Source: an uncultured delta proteobacterium (GTDB taxonomy: Bacteria > Myxococcota_A > Polyangia > Polyangiales > Polyangiaceae). Taken from it: a DNA stretch of 64,000 nt. Below the pieces are notes generated by a model. It was not told the origin of the DNA. It did no database searches and saw only the letters and a program-made list of their open reading frames with translations. Numbering within the stretch: the stretch's first letter is position 1; every line of letters starts with the position of its first letter. Position numbers and translations under genes: made by a program. The stretch spans positions 2,176,001 through 2,240,000 of the forward strand of contig CAWAIF010000003.1 in the NCBI GenBank assembly GCA_963782055.1, in the 5' to 3' direction. Positions 11,833-21,816 of this stretch are shown here, one piece after another.

Positions 11833-12219
11833 TCAGGGAGCTTCGTCGTCGGGGGGCGGCGGCGGGACGGCGGGCTGCTGGCCCGACTGGAAGAGGAACT
11901 CGAACCCGGCGATGACGCCGTCCGGCTCCTCCTGCACCCAGACCACCCGGCCGCGGCGCGACAGGGGGGCAGGGCCCTCCTCGCCGATGTTGACCTCGTA
12001 CTCCTCGCCGGGCTCGACCCGGTCCTCGAACATGGCGCGCACCCCGCCCCGGCTCACGTTCAGCACCCACCCCTCGCGGGCCTTCAAATTGGGGCCAACG
12101 ATGCGAATTCGCTCGGTCACCTCGTGACGCGCGCCGCCCCGCCGCATGGCGTGGGCGCCATCCGCGGCGGGCACGCCGTTCTCCGGGGTGAGGCTTCGAC
12201 GGTTCTTCACTGGTTGCAT
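11833..12219 (-). CDS. PilZ domain protein
   Basis: RRGGAR (RxxxR), NVSRGG (NxSxxG), GRVVW; start uncertain. Confidence 0.8.
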   Translation of the reverse strand: MQPVKNRRSLTPENGVPAADGAHAMRRGGARHEVTERIRIVGPNLKAREGWVLNVSRGGVRAMFEDRVEPGEEYEVNIGEEGPAPLSRRGRVVWVQEEPDGVIAGFEFLFQSGQQPAVPPPPPDDEAP

Positions 12220-12474
12220 TCTAGTACGTGGGTGGCGCCAAAAGGAGCCCCACATCGCCGCTTTCCGGTGCGGCAGAGCTGGCCGGCGTTCGGTACGCGC
12301 GCCGCGAGGTGCGGTGCTATACTACATCCGCCGCGCTGCGGGGCGCCGCGGCGTCTACGCTACGTGTGAGCACGCCCGTTTCTTCCGGTTCTTGACTTGG
12401 TGCCCCACCGCGCGCTTTGATTTTGCCGGGGTGGGAGAGTTTGGCGGCGGCGGCGGGCCGCCAGGGCAAGGCAT

Positions 12475-12903
12475 GTGACACCCCAAGAGCTGAAGAAGAA
12501 GCTGGTCGAGGCGGGGTTCGAGGTCTACCGGACGCTCGGCGAGGAAGTCATCCTCGCAGACCGCGTTCGCGACAACCTCATCATGGACTCGGGCGTCCGC
12601 GTACGCGCGGGCTCTCCCGTGCAGATCCGCCTCATCATGGGCGTGAGGCGCGGGCAGTTCCCTCACGAGGACGAGGCACGCCTGTTCGACCGGGTCCGGC
12701 AGCTCGCACACTCCGCGCTGGGCGAGGGCTTCGCCGAGGTGAACACCGGCGTCGCCCCCGTGGTGGATCCGGCCGACGGCACGCGGACGCTGGACACCTT
12801 CTTCGAGGTCGTCTTCGCCAAGGACGTCTCGGCGATGGAGGCTCTGGCCGAGGGCCTGCGCTTCGCGCTCGGCCTGGCCAAGACCGCGGAATCGCGCCGC
12901 TAG
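12475..12903 (+). CDS. Hypothetical protein
   Basis: 142-aa ORF with host-like codon usage. Confidence 0.7.
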   Translation: MTPQELKKKLVEAGFEVYRTLGEEVILADRVRDNLIMDSGVRVRAGSPVQIRLIMGVRRGQFPHEDEARLFDRVRQLAHSALGEGFAEVNTGVAPVVDPADGTRTLDTFFEVVFAKDVSAMEALAEGLRFALGLAKTAESRR

Positions 12904-12972
12904 GGCGCGGAAGAGGCCGCCGCGCGGCTCCGCTCGCGCCCGTGCGCGAGGCGTGTTAGGCCAAGGCCCCCC

Positions 12973-14778
12973 ATGCTCGATTCCCTGCGCGGAAAAGGCC
13001 TCACTTCGTTCGTGATGGGCGCGGTCATCATCGCGACCGTGCTCGTCTTCGTGATCCAGTTCAACCCGAGCGCCGGCAAGAAGGCGGCAAAGCTCACCGA
13101 GACGTGCGCGGCCACCGTGCGCGGGCACTGTATCGAGCCGAGCGAGCACAGGGCCGCGTACATGATGCTCGTCCCACGCGACGACAAGGGCGCGCGGCTG
13201 CTCGGTCAGGCGCAACAGATGGGCCTGCCGCGCATCGCGCTGGACGGCCTCATCGAGCGCGAGCTGCTGGTCAGCGAGGCCGATCGCATCGGCCTGACGG
13301 TGAGCGACGACGAGGTCCAGACCGACATCATCTCCGGCTTCGTCCACGTGAGCCTCCCCGCCGCCCGGCCGGAGCTCGGGATGTCGCTGCGCGTCTTCGA
13401 CGGCCTGATGTACTACGGGTACGCGTTCAAGGACCCGACGACGAAGGAGTTCGACCTCAAGACGTACAAGCGCAACCTGAAGAACCTCACCGGGCTGTCG
13501 AACGAGAACTTCATGGCCGAGCAGAAGCGCGAGATCCTCGCCGCGAAGATGCGCGACATGGTCCGCGCGCCGGTGCGCGTCTCGGAGGCGGAGGCGCTGG
13601 AGACCTACACCGCGACGAAGAGCTCGGCGATCCTGGAGGACGTGGAGGTCAAGGGCTCCTTCGTCGAGCGCTACGTCCTGCAGGACAGCCCGCACGATCT
13701 GGACGCGTGGGCCAAGGACCCGAAGAACGCCAAGGTCATCGCGGCGGCGATCGATCAGCGGCAGAAGGCGCCTGGCGCGCCGAAGCAGGGGCTCCTTCGT
13801 CACATTCTGATCAAGGTCGCCCCCACCGCGTCGCCCACCGAGAAGGCGGAGGCGCTCGCCAAGCTCACCGAGGCGTACGTGCGCATCAAGCGCGGCGAGA
13901 CGTTCTTCAAGGTGGCGAAGGAGGTGGGCGAAGACGGCACCAAGGACAAGGGCGGCTCGCTGGAGACCGACAAGACCGACGCCTTCGTCCCCGCCTTCAA
14001 GAAGGCGGCCGACGCGCTCAAGCCCGGCCAGATGACCCAGCAGGCCATCGAGACCGAGTTCGGCTATCACCTCATCGCGCGCGACGACGCCTCGACGACG
14101 GCCAGAGACATCGCGCGCGAGATCTACACGCGCAGCCAGGACGAGCAGACGACCAAGACCCTCGCCACCAAGATCATCGCCGACGTGAAGGGCGGCAAGT
14201 CCATGGACGAGGCGGTGACCGCGGAGATGGGCGACCTCAAGGCCATCCCCCTGCTGTCGGTCGTGCATGACCCGAGCCTGGCCGACGCCGGCGCGCCCGC
14301 CGCGCCGGGGGGCGCCGATGCCTCCGTCGACACCACCGCGGACGCGGGCGCACCCGCCGCGCCGCCGCAGACCTCGCTCGACCCCGCCACCGACTCCGAC
14401 CGCCCGCTCGCCGCGTCCACCGCCTCCTTCAACCGCACCGGCGATCCGCTGCCGCGGCTCAACCCCGAGTCGATGGCCAAGGTGCTGGACTTCTCCTTCG
14501 CCGCCACGTCGAAGGACGGCGACCTCATGTCGGAGCCCGTCCTCGGGACCGACGGCTTCTACGTCGTGCGTCTCAAGCAGCACAAGGCGGCCACCAAGGA
14601 GGAGTTCGAGAAGGAGCGCGACACCTTCATGCAGACCCTCCTCGCCACACGCCAGGCGGAGGCGCTCGCCATCTACATGAAGCGCCTGAGGGACGCGTCG
14701 AAGGCCGACATCACCATCGACGAGGAGTACATGGCGGAGTGGACGAAGGACGCCGGGGCGGACGACGAGGGCTATTGA
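12973..14778 (+). CDS. PpiD/SurA-like membrane-anchored parvulin PPIase
   Basis: N-terminal TM; SurA-like LIERELL..A.RIGL.VSD; parvulin HILIK, GGSL, FVPAF, TEFGYHLI. Confidence 0.88.
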   Translation: MLDSLRGKGLTSFVMGAVIIATVLVFVIQFNPSAGKKAAKLTETCAATVRGHCIEPSEHRAAYMMLVPRDDKGARLLGQAQQMGLPRIALDGLIERELLVSEADRIGLTVSDDEVQTDIISGFVHVSLPAARPELGMSLRVFDGLMYYGYAFKDPTTKEFDLKTYKRNLKNLTGLSNENFMAEQKREILAAKMRDMVRAPVRVSEAEALETYTATKSSAILEDVEVKGSFVERYVLQDSPHDLDAWAKDPKNAKVIAAAIDQRQKAPGAPKQGLLRHILIKVAPTASPTEKAEALAKLTEAYVRIKRGETFFKVAKEVGEDGTKDKGGSLETDKTDAFVPAFKKAADALKPGQMTQQAIETEFGYHLIARDDASTTARDIAREIYTRSQDEQTTKTLATKIIADVKGGKSMDEAVTAEMGDLKAIPLLSVVHDPSLADAGAPAAPGGADASVDTTADAGAPAAPPQTSLDPATDSDRPLAASTASFNRTGDPLPRLNPESMAKVLDFSFAATSKDGDLMSEPVLGTDGFYVVRLKQHKAATKEEFEKERDTFMQTLLATRQAEALAIYMKRLRDASKADITIDEEYMAEWTKDAGADDEGY

Positions 14779-16070
14779 GCCACGAGGATCCTCCGCACCA
14801 GACCCGGGTCCTGGCGAACGGAGTCCGCGTCGTCGCCGTCGGGCAGCCGGGGCTGCACCGGGCTCACGTCGCGCTCTACGTTCGCATCGGCTCGCGCTTC
14901 GAGGATCCGCGCACCTGCGGGCTGAGCCACTTCCTCGAGCACATGCTCTACCGTGGCACCGGCCGGCTGCCGAGCGCCCACGCGGTGAACCTCGCGTTCG
15001 AGCGGCTGGGCGGCTCGCTCTACGCGTCCACGCAGGTGGACTACGGGGTCTTCTCCGTCACCCTGCCCGCGGAGAACCTGGAGCAGGCCGCGACGATCTT
15101 CGCCGAGGTGCTCTCGCAGCCCTCCTTCCACGACATCGAGGTGGAGAAGGGCATCGTCTGCGAGGAGATCCTGGAGGACCTGGATGACGAGGGGCGGCAG
15201 GTGGACGCCGACAACCTCTCGCGGGCCCTGATCTACCCGGGGCACCCGCTCGGCTTCAGCATCACCGGGGACGAGTCGCATGTGCGCTCCTTCGACCAGC
15301 AGACCCTGCGCTCGCACCACGCCCGCCACTATCGCGGCGAGGGCCTCGTCGCCGTCTTCTCCGGCGCCATCGACCCCGCCCGCGCGATGGACCTGGGGGA
15401 GCGCCTCTTCTCCGCCTTCCCCGCCGGGCCGCGGCTGCCGGCCACGCCGCCGCCGCGCACGCAGAAGAAGCCGCGCCTCAAGACCGTGGAGAACGTCACC
15501 AGCCAGACGGAGCTGCGCGTCTGCTTCCGCGGCATCCCGGAGACCGCGCCGGAGCGCCCCGCGCTGGACGTGCTCATGCGCGTGGTGGACGACGGCATGT
15601 CCACGCGCCTCTACCACCGCCTCTGCGACGCGCAGGGCCTCTGCTACGACGTGAGCGCGGGCTACGACGGCTACGAGGACGACGGCGTCATCGACTTCGC
15701 GGCCGGCACCGTCCACGCGCGCACGGCGCAGGTGGGCCGCGAGATCCTCTCGATGGTGAGCGAGCTGGCGCACCGCGGGCCGACGGACGAGGAGCTGGAG
15801 ATCGTGCGCAACCGCCAGGCGTGGGACCTGCGCGCGATGAACGACTCCGCGGAGGACCTCGCCGCCTTCTACGCCGGCGGCTACCTCTTCCGGCGCTTCG
15901 AGACCCCGCGCGAGCGGCTGGAGAAGGTCCAGCGCGTCACCCGCGAGGACGTGATCGAGGTGGCGCGGACCTTCGCGCGGCCGGAGCGGCTGAACGTGGT
16001 CGCGGTCGGGATGGTGCGCGGCGAGCAGGAGAAGCGCCTGACCGAGGCGGTGAAGGGCTGGCAGGGGTGA
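14775..16070 (+). CDS. M16 family zinc peptidase
   Basis: Inverted zinc motif HFLEH, EKGIVCEE, GMSTRLY; TTG start overlaps the upstream stop. Confidence 0.9.
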   Translation: MSHEDPPHQTRVLANGVRVVAVGQPGLHRAHVALYVRIGSRFEDPRTCGLSHFLEHMLYRGTGRLPSAHAVNLAFERLGGSLYASTQVDYGVFSVTLPAENLEQAATIFAEVLSQPSFHDIEVEKGIVCEEILEDLDDEGRQVDADNLSRALIYPGHPLGFSITGDESHVRSFDQQTLRSHHARHYRGEGLVAVFSGAIDPARAMDLGERLFSAFPAGPRLPATPPPRTQKKPRLKTVENVTSQTELRVCFRGIPETAPERPALDVLMRVVDDGMSTRLYHRLCDAQGLCYDVSAGYDGYEDDGVIDFAAGTVHARTAQVGREILSMVSELAHRGPTDEELEIVRNRQAWDLRAMNDSAEDLAAFYAGGYLFRRFETPRERLEKVQRVTREDVIEVARTFARPERLNVVAVGMVRGEQEKRLTEAVKGWQG

Positions 16071-17386
16071 AGGCGGCGGCGGCCGCCCTCCTGCTCCTCG
16101 CCGCGGGATGCGGGGGCGCGGGGCAGAAGCCGGCGACACCGAGGGTGGCCCCGAAGGCGGCCGCGCACCGGCCGTGCCACAAGAGCGATCTACCCGCGTG
16201 CGCCGACGCCTGCCTGCGGCACGACGGCGCGGCGTGCACGCTGCTCGGGGGGATGTCCGAGGCGGGGGAGGGGATGAAGGCGAACGTCGATCGCGCGGCG
16301 CAGCTCTACACGCGCGGGTGCGACGCGGGCGACGCGCGCGGTTGCGGGCGGCTCGGGCTCCTGGAGCAAGCCGGCAAGGGCGTGGACGTGGACGAGTCCA
16401 GGGCGGCGCTGCACCTGCAGAAGGGCTGCGACGCCGGGCTGGTCGAGGCGTGCGTGGCGCTGCCCGACGCCCTGGAGAAGCTGCACGGCACCTTCGACGC
16501 GAGCACCGTCGTGGCGCTGGCGCGCGCGTGCGAGCTGGGCGCGCCGAAGGGGTGCTTCACCGCCGGCTTCGCCTACGACGAGGGCCGGGGAGTGACGGCG
16601 GATCAGGCGAAGGCGACGGCGCTCTACCGGCGCGGCTGCGACGCGGGCGACGGGAGCGCGTGCGGCAACCTGGCGGTGCGGATGCCGGAGAAGACCGACG
16701 CCGATCGCAAACGCAACGCCGCCCTGCTGCGTCGCGCCTGCGATCTGAACGACCCCTCCGGCTGCATGAACCTGGCGCAGCGCCTCGCCGATGGCGAGGG
16801 CGTCCCGCGTGACGAGGCGGCGGCCGCAGCGCTGAACGCCAAGTGGTGCGCGAAGGACCCCCAGCAGTACCACTTCGCGTGCGCCGCCTACGGCGGGCTG
16901 CTCGCGGCCGGGCGCGGTGTGGCCAGGGACAAGGGCAAGGCCTACGCCTTGCTGCGCGCGGCGTGCGACGTCGACGCGCTCGACTGCGAGACGGGCGAGC
17001 GGGCGTTCGCCCGCCAGGACGCGAAGCGCGCCCGGGAGTTCCGCATCGACGCGTGCCTGCGCGGGCGCTCGCAGTCGTCGTGCGACAGGCTCTACCACGA
17101 CGCCATCCGCGGCGGCCGGCACACCATCGCGGGCATCAAGGAGCACGAGACGCAGGTGAGCTGCACCATCCGCCGGCTCGCCCCCGCGTGCCTGGATCTG
17201 GAGGCCGTGCTGCGCAGGGGCGGGGTGATCTTCCCCAGGAACGCGAAGGCCGCGGACGAAGCGCACCAGGCGGCCTGCAAGATGTGGCACGACCAGCTCT
17301 CCGACGCCAAGGCCGTCGAGCGCTTCAAGAAGGCATGCGCGGCGCCGAACGCCGGCATTTTGACCAAGGATCGGAAGGCTCGGTAG
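16067..17386 (+). CDS. Sel1-like/Hcp cysteine-rich repeat lipoprotein
   Basis: Lipobox AAGC; repeated A..LY.RGCDAGD..AC units. Confidence 0.85.
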   Translation: MKAAAAALLLLAAGCGGAGQKPATPRVAPKAAAHRPCHKSDLPACADACLRHDGAACTLLGGMSEAGEGMKANVDRAAQLYTRGCDAGDARGCGRLGLLEQAGKGVDVDESRAALHLQKGCDAGLVEACVALPDALEKLHGTFDASTVVALARACELGAPKGCFTAGFAYDEGRGVTADQAKATALYRRGCDAGDGSACGNLAVRMPEKTDADRKRNAALLRRACDLNDPSGCMNLAQRLADGEGVPRDEAAAAALNAKWCAKDPQQYHFACAAYGGLLAAGRGVARDKGKAYALLRAACDVDALDCETGERAFARQDAKRAREFRIDACLRGRSQSSCDRLYHDAIRGGRHTIAGIKEHETQVSCTIRRLAPACLDLEAVLRRGGVIFPRNAKAADEAHQAACKMWHDQLSDAKAVERFKKACAAPNAGILTKDRKAR

Positions 17387-17395
17387 CTTCACCCC

Positions 17396-17947
17396 ATGGG
17401 CGAGAAGGGCAAGGCGGGGGCGGCGGACGATCTGGACGCGCTGGACGAGAGCTGGGACGACGACGAGGGTCCAGCGGAAGGGGAGGGAGCCGAGGCGACG
17501 CCCGACCCGGGATCGGTGGATGCCGGGTGGGATTGGGATGATGAGGAGGACGAGGAGCAGAGCGAGGGCGCGGCGGCGGCCAGCGAGCCTGGGAGCGCCG
17601 GTCGACCGAGAAGGACGGCGGCGGAGAAGCGGCGGGACAAGGCCCGGCAGAGGGCGGAGCGCCGGCGGGCGCGGGCGGCTGCGGTCGCTCAGAAACAGAA
17701 GCCGAAGAAGCAGCGGCCTCGACCCGTGGTGAGCGAGGAGGCGGCACCGGCGTCGCGGCCGGCGTCGAGCCCGGCGGGAAAGAGCACCGCGACGCGGAGC
17801 ACCACGCGCGCGCCGGCGTCCGGGCGGGCGGCGACCAAGCGGGCGCGGCGGCGCGCGGAGTGGAGCGACTGGCGGAAGATGGGGGTCGCCGTCGCGGTGA
17901 TCGTCGCGGTGGCGGCGGCGCTGATGTTCGCGTTCGGCAGGGGCTGA
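17396..17947 (+). CDS. Hypothetical low-complexity protein with C-terminal TM
   Basis: Acidic N-terminus, basic middle, hydrophobic C-terminus. Confidence 0.65.
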   Translation: MGEKGKAGAADDLDALDESWDDDEGPAEGEGAEATPDPGSVDAGWDWDDEEDEEQSEGAAAASEPGSAGRPRRTAAEKRRDKARQRAERRRARAAAVAQKQKPKKQRPRPVVSEEAAPASRPASSPAGKSTATRSTTRAPASGRAATKRARRRAEWSDWRKMGVAVAVIVAVAAALMFAFGRG

Positions 17948-17960
17948 GGGACGGCCTCGG

Positions 17961-18450
17961 TCACTCCGCGGCGGTCGCCTCCTCCGGCGACGGCCGCGCC
18001 TCTCGCGAAAGGCGGGGTGGCGGGGTGGCGTGCCCGACGAAGAGCGCCGAGACGCTCGCGGACGTCCCCGCGAGGGACGCGCTGAGGGTGTCGGCGAGCG
18101 CGAGGGTGCCGAAGCGCACGCGCGAGGAGGACGCGCTCCGGGTGACGAGGTAGAGGCGGCCACCGGGCACGCGCAGGACGGAGGCGAGCAGCGCGCGCGA
18201 GAGCAGCCCGCGGGACTCCATCGAGGCCTCCGAGCCGTCCCCGTTGCAGCAGAGCACGGCGCGTCGCACGCACCCGCCCTCCCGCTCGAATCTCGTGGAT
18301 GGCGTCGAAGGTGCGGCGGAGCAGCCGCGCGCCGTCCTCGCCCGGGCCCTGCCGGACCGTCACGAGCCGGAAGCCGTGCTCCACCCGCGGGGGCACCTCG
18401 CTCCCGCGCTCCAGGACGACCAGGGCAATCCGCGTGTCAGACCTCTCCAT
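17961..18450 (-). pseudogene. Hypothetical protein with a +1 frameshift (pseudogene or sequencing error)
   Basis: MERSDTRIALVV..DAIHEI joins EREGGCVRRAVLCC.. if one A at 18289-18290 is removed (162 aa); GGAG upstream of ATG. Confidence 0.7.
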
Positions 18451-18478
18451 CGCTCCCTCCGGTGGCTGGGGCCCCTGG

Positions 18479-18494
18479 AGCAAGCATGGGGCCA
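18479..18494 (-). promoter_or_regulatory. Possible sigma54 promoter
   Basis: Minus strand TGGCCCCATGCTTGCT fits TGGC-N-TTGC with GG-N10-GC spacing, about 30 bp before ATG 18450. Confidence 0.45.
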
Positions 18495-18631
18495 GCTCCC
18501 GATCGCGGGAAGTCCGCGTGCAAGCTTCGCGGGCGCGTGCCGAGATTGCGTGCGGGCGCAGACGGTGCGGGGTGGCCCGCCGGCCGGCGCTCGTTGCACG
18601 TGCGCCGGCGTTCCGGCAAGCTCGCGGGTCG

Positions 18632-19870
18632 ATGGCGAAGGCAAGGGCGAAGGCGAAGGCGAAACCGAAGAGCGCAGGGGCGCGCGCGATCACGCTCTTC
18701 GCCGACTTCTCGCAGATCCACGTGCAGGACGACGGGGCGACGGGCGACCTCGCAGACGCGTGGACGGTGAAGGCGACCGAGGACCGCCTCGCCGTGGCCG
18801 ACAGCGGAGACATCGTCGGCATCGGGACGAGCGAGCCAGAGGACGTGAAGGTCAGTGTGGTCTTCCTGCCGCGCGCGCCGGACGCGCTCGACGGCGGCGC
18901 GGAGCACGTCACCGAGGCCAGCCTCCGCGTGCGCTCGGGGCGCGTCGTGGTCTGCGGGTGCACCGACTACCTCCCCGACGCGCGCCGCTTCCCGTGCGCG
19001 CCCGGGACGTACCGGCTGCGTGCGTCCCACGGCCCGCGCGACAGGATCCGCCTCGAGCTCTGGCCGGCGCCGCGCCGCGCGGCGAAGGTGCTGCGCCGCT
19101 ACGAGCCTCCGCCGCCGGAGCCGAAGAAGAAGGCGGCGCCGGCGACGGCGTCGAAGCTCCGGACCGCGAAGCGCGCGGCGGTGGAGGCGCGTCGCGGGAA
19201 CGTCGAGGTCGCGCTCGCGCGCCTGCAGGAGCTCGCCGACGCCGGGGACGCCGCCGCCGCGGCTTCCGTCGCGGAGATCCTCGCCTACCGCGGGGCGTGG
19301 CAGGAGATGGTCCCGTACGCGACGAAGCTCCTGGCCAACCCCGGCGCGGTCTACGCAGGCAACGTGGCCTCCGACATGGCCGCCCTCGTCCGGCGCGCGG
19401 CGCACGAGCTGGGCAAGCCGTCGATCGCGAAGAAGGCGCTGGCCGTGGTCCCGAAGGGCTTCCGTCTCTTCGGGGCGCCCCGCGAGGAGCGCCCCGACCG
19501 CAAGCGCTTCGAGGAGGCCGTGCGGGACGCGAAGACGGGGAAGCGCTTCGCCGGCAGGCCGCTCGAGCTCGCGGCGCACGTCTTCGCCCTCGCCAGTGTG
19601 TTCGGGCTGGACGACGAGATGATCGCCCGGTGGGACGCGTCCAATCCGCGCTTCCACTTCGACATGGCCGTCGACACCGCCCGCGCGCTCGCACGTCGCG
19701 GCGATCCGGCGCGCGCGTGGGAGGTGATCGAGTCCCGCATCGCCGACTGGTACGCGGTGGACTTCGCGCAGGTGGCGCCGGTCGTGCTCCTCACCGACCT
19801 GCTCCTGGCGCCGCTCATGACACCCGCGCGCTGCGAGGCGGTCCTGACGACCACGCGGTCCGGGGAGTGA
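18632..19870 (+). CDS. Hypothetical protein (N-terminal beta domain plus helical C-terminal region)
   Basis: ATG at 18632 inside ORF 18299-19870; host-like codon usage. Confidence 0.65.
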   Translation: MAKARAKAKAKPKSAGARAITLFADFSQIHVQDDGATGDLADAWTVKATEDRLAVADSGDIVGIGTSEPEDVKVSVVFLPRAPDALDGGAEHVTEASLRVRSGRVVVCGCTDYLPDARRFPCAPGTYRLRASHGPRDRIRLELWPAPRRAAKVLRRYEPPPPEPKKKAAPATASKLRTAKRAAVEARRGNVEVALARLQELADAGDAAAAASVAEILAYRGAWQEMVPYATKLLANPGAVYAGNVASDMAALVRRAAHELGKPSIAKKALAVVPKGFRLFGAPREERPDRKRFEEAVRDAKTGKRFAGRPLELAAHVFALASVFGLDDEMIARWDASNPRFHFDMAVDTARALARRGDPARAWEVIESRIADWYAVDFAQVAPVVLLTDLLLAPLMTPARCEAVLTTTRSGE

Positions 19871-19912
19871 CCGGGCGAGCGCTGTCTGCCCGGCGGCGCT
19901 CGGTCCTCGTCG

Positions 19913-20260
19913 TCAGTCTTCGCCCGGGACGATCGCGAGGGTGAGGACGGCGTCGCCGATGCGCATGACCGTGGGCGGACCGGCGGTCACCTGGACCTGG
20001 TCGATCAGGCCGCGGACGCCGTCGACGTAGGTGCCGTTGGTCGTGCGCAGATCCTTCAGCCACACCGCACCGCGCTCGACCGTCACGACGGCGTGGCGGC
20101 GGGCGAGGTGAGGCGAGGCGATGGAGACGTCGCAATCGCTCCCCCTCCCGATGGAGATGCGCGTGGTCGCGGCGAGGTCGAACACGAGCACCTGGTCGAC
20201 GGCCACGTAGTCCGCGGTCGGGGCGGTCGGCGCTTCAATCACGGTCAGGCGCAGGTCCAT
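19913..20260 (-). CDS. FHA domain protein
   Basis: IGR..CD, ARRHA, DL.TTNGT.VDG. Confidence 0.85.
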   Translation of the reverse strand: MDLRLTVIEAPTAPTADYVAVDQVLVFDLAATTRISIGRGSDCDVSIASPHLARRHAVVTVERGAVWLKDLRTTNGTYVDGVRGLIDQVQVTAGPPTVMRIGDAVLTLAIVPGED

Positions 20261-20403
20261 CTCCACGCAGGATGCTATGCGCGCCGGCCGCGCTCCCGCG
20301 CCTCCTCCCGAAGCGGCTGCTCGACCGCCTCGAGCTCCGGATGCTCGGTCTCTCGTCGCCCTGGACCCAACCGCACGGCGGGTGAGCCTCGTCGGGGTGC
20401 GAG

Positions 20404-20871
20404 TCAGCGCCCGATCGTCACGCTCTCCTCGAAGCGCAGCCCCTCCCCGCGATACGCCCCCACCATCACCCGCCGGAAGCTCCCCACCACGCACGCCTCG
20501 GTGTCCCCCTCGCCGAACGGCTCCGGGTCCAGCTTCACCTCTGTCCCCCACCCGGCGGGCGCGAACGCCACGCTCACGCGCACCGTGCCGGAGTCCCCGC
20601 CCGTGCAGCACCGCTCCGCGTAGAAGCGCGCGTGCTTGACCGCCTTCTTCACCGCCGCGACATCGACCGTGCCGTCGTCGCTCGCGCGGATCGGCTGGAG
20701 ATCCTTGACCGCGCACTGGCGCTCCTCCTCCGCAAGCCGGCCGGCCGCGCTCGCCTCGGGGTCGGGCGTGGCGGACGGCGAAGGCGGGGGGAGCACCACC
20801 TCCATTCGCTCGTGCGGACGAGAAGAAGCGCAGCCCGCGAGCACCAGCGCCAGCCCCAGCAGAACGCGCAT
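20404..20871 (-). CDS. Lipoprotein with TonB-C/AgmX-C-like domain
   Basis: Lipobox LAGC; YAERC, G.V.V.V, TEACV. Confidence 0.6.
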   Translation of the reverse strand: MRVLLGLALVLAGCASSRPHERMEVVLPPPSPSATPDPEASAAGRLAEEERQCAVKDLQPIRASDDGTVDVAAVKKAVKHARFYAERCCTGGDSGTVRVSVAFAPAGWGTEVKLDPEPFGEGDTEACVVGSFRRVMVGAYRGEGLRFEESVTIGR

Positions 20872-20885
20872 GTGCCCCTGGTATG

Positions 20886-21740
20886 TCACGCCACGTCGAG
20901 GAATGCGACGAGCGCGCGCACGAGCTCTTCTGGACGGGTCCAGTGCATCATGTGGCCGCCCCCGGGCAGGTCGACGTGCGTCGCCCGCGCGAAGGCCGCC
21001 AGCCGGTCTGCCTCATCCGGCACCCGGTAGCCCAGCGGCCCGCCGGAGACGTACAGGACGGGGCAGGGGATCTGCCGCGCGTAGGCGGTGAAGACGGAGG
21101 TGAAGAAGGGGACGGGGGCGGTGGTGCGGTGCAGGGGGTCGAAGCGCCAGAGCAGGCCCTCCGGCGTCGCGCGCGCCAGGTGCGGCAGCCGCGAGGCGAG
21201 CACCTCCGCCGGTACGCGCGGGTGGTTGGCGCGCAGCCGTGCCAGCGCCTCGGCCTCCGTCATCGGGCGGTCCGCCTTCCGCGCCGCCTGCCCGTCCAGG
21301 CCCTCCAGCCACCGCCGCATCCGCTGCGGGCCGGCCTCCGGTGGATGATCCGGCGGGCCCATCCCCTCCAGCAGCGCGAGCGTGCGCACCGCCTCCGGAC
21401 GAGCCCCCGCGAACAGCGTCGCCACCGTGCCTCCCATGGAGTGCCCGACCAGATCGACCGGCCCGCCGGCGTGCTCGGCCAGCACCCGCGCCACGTCGGC
21501 GACGTAGTCGGGGAAGTGGTAGTAGCCGCCGCCGCTCACCCGGTCCGACTCGCCGAAGCCGCGCAGGTCGACGGCGAGCACTCGCCGGCCTGTCGCGGCG
21601 ATGCGCGGGGCGCACAGGTCCCACGTCCCCGCCGCGTCCAAGAAGCCGTGCAGCAGCACGACGGTGCGCTCCCCCGCCCCCCACTCCAGCACGCGCAGGG
21701 TGAGGCCGTTGCCGCGGGCGCGGAAGGAACGAGGACCCAT
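20886..21740 (-). CDS. Alpha/beta hydrolase
   Basis: LLHGF, DLRGFG.S, GHSMGG, GH motifs. Confidence 0.9.
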   Translation of the reverse strand: MGPRSFRARGNGLTLRVLEWGAGERTVVLLHGFLDAAGTWDLCAPRIAATGRRVLAVDLRGFGESDRVSGGGYYHFPDYVADVARVLAEHAGGPVDLVGHSMGGTVATLFAGARPEAVRTLALLEGMGPPDHPPEAGPQRMRRWLEGLDGQAARKADRPMTEAEALARLRANHPRVPAEVLASRLPHLARATPEGLLWRFDPLHRTTAPVPFFTSVFTAYARQIPCPVLYVSGGPLGYRVPDEADRLAAFARATHVDLPGGGHMMHWTRPEELVRALVAFLDVA

Positions 21741-21816
21741 CGCCCCCTGATATGGCGGACCCCGCGCCCGGGTTCAACCCCGGCGGCGGCGCCGCCCTGC
21801 TATACCTGGCCCCCTC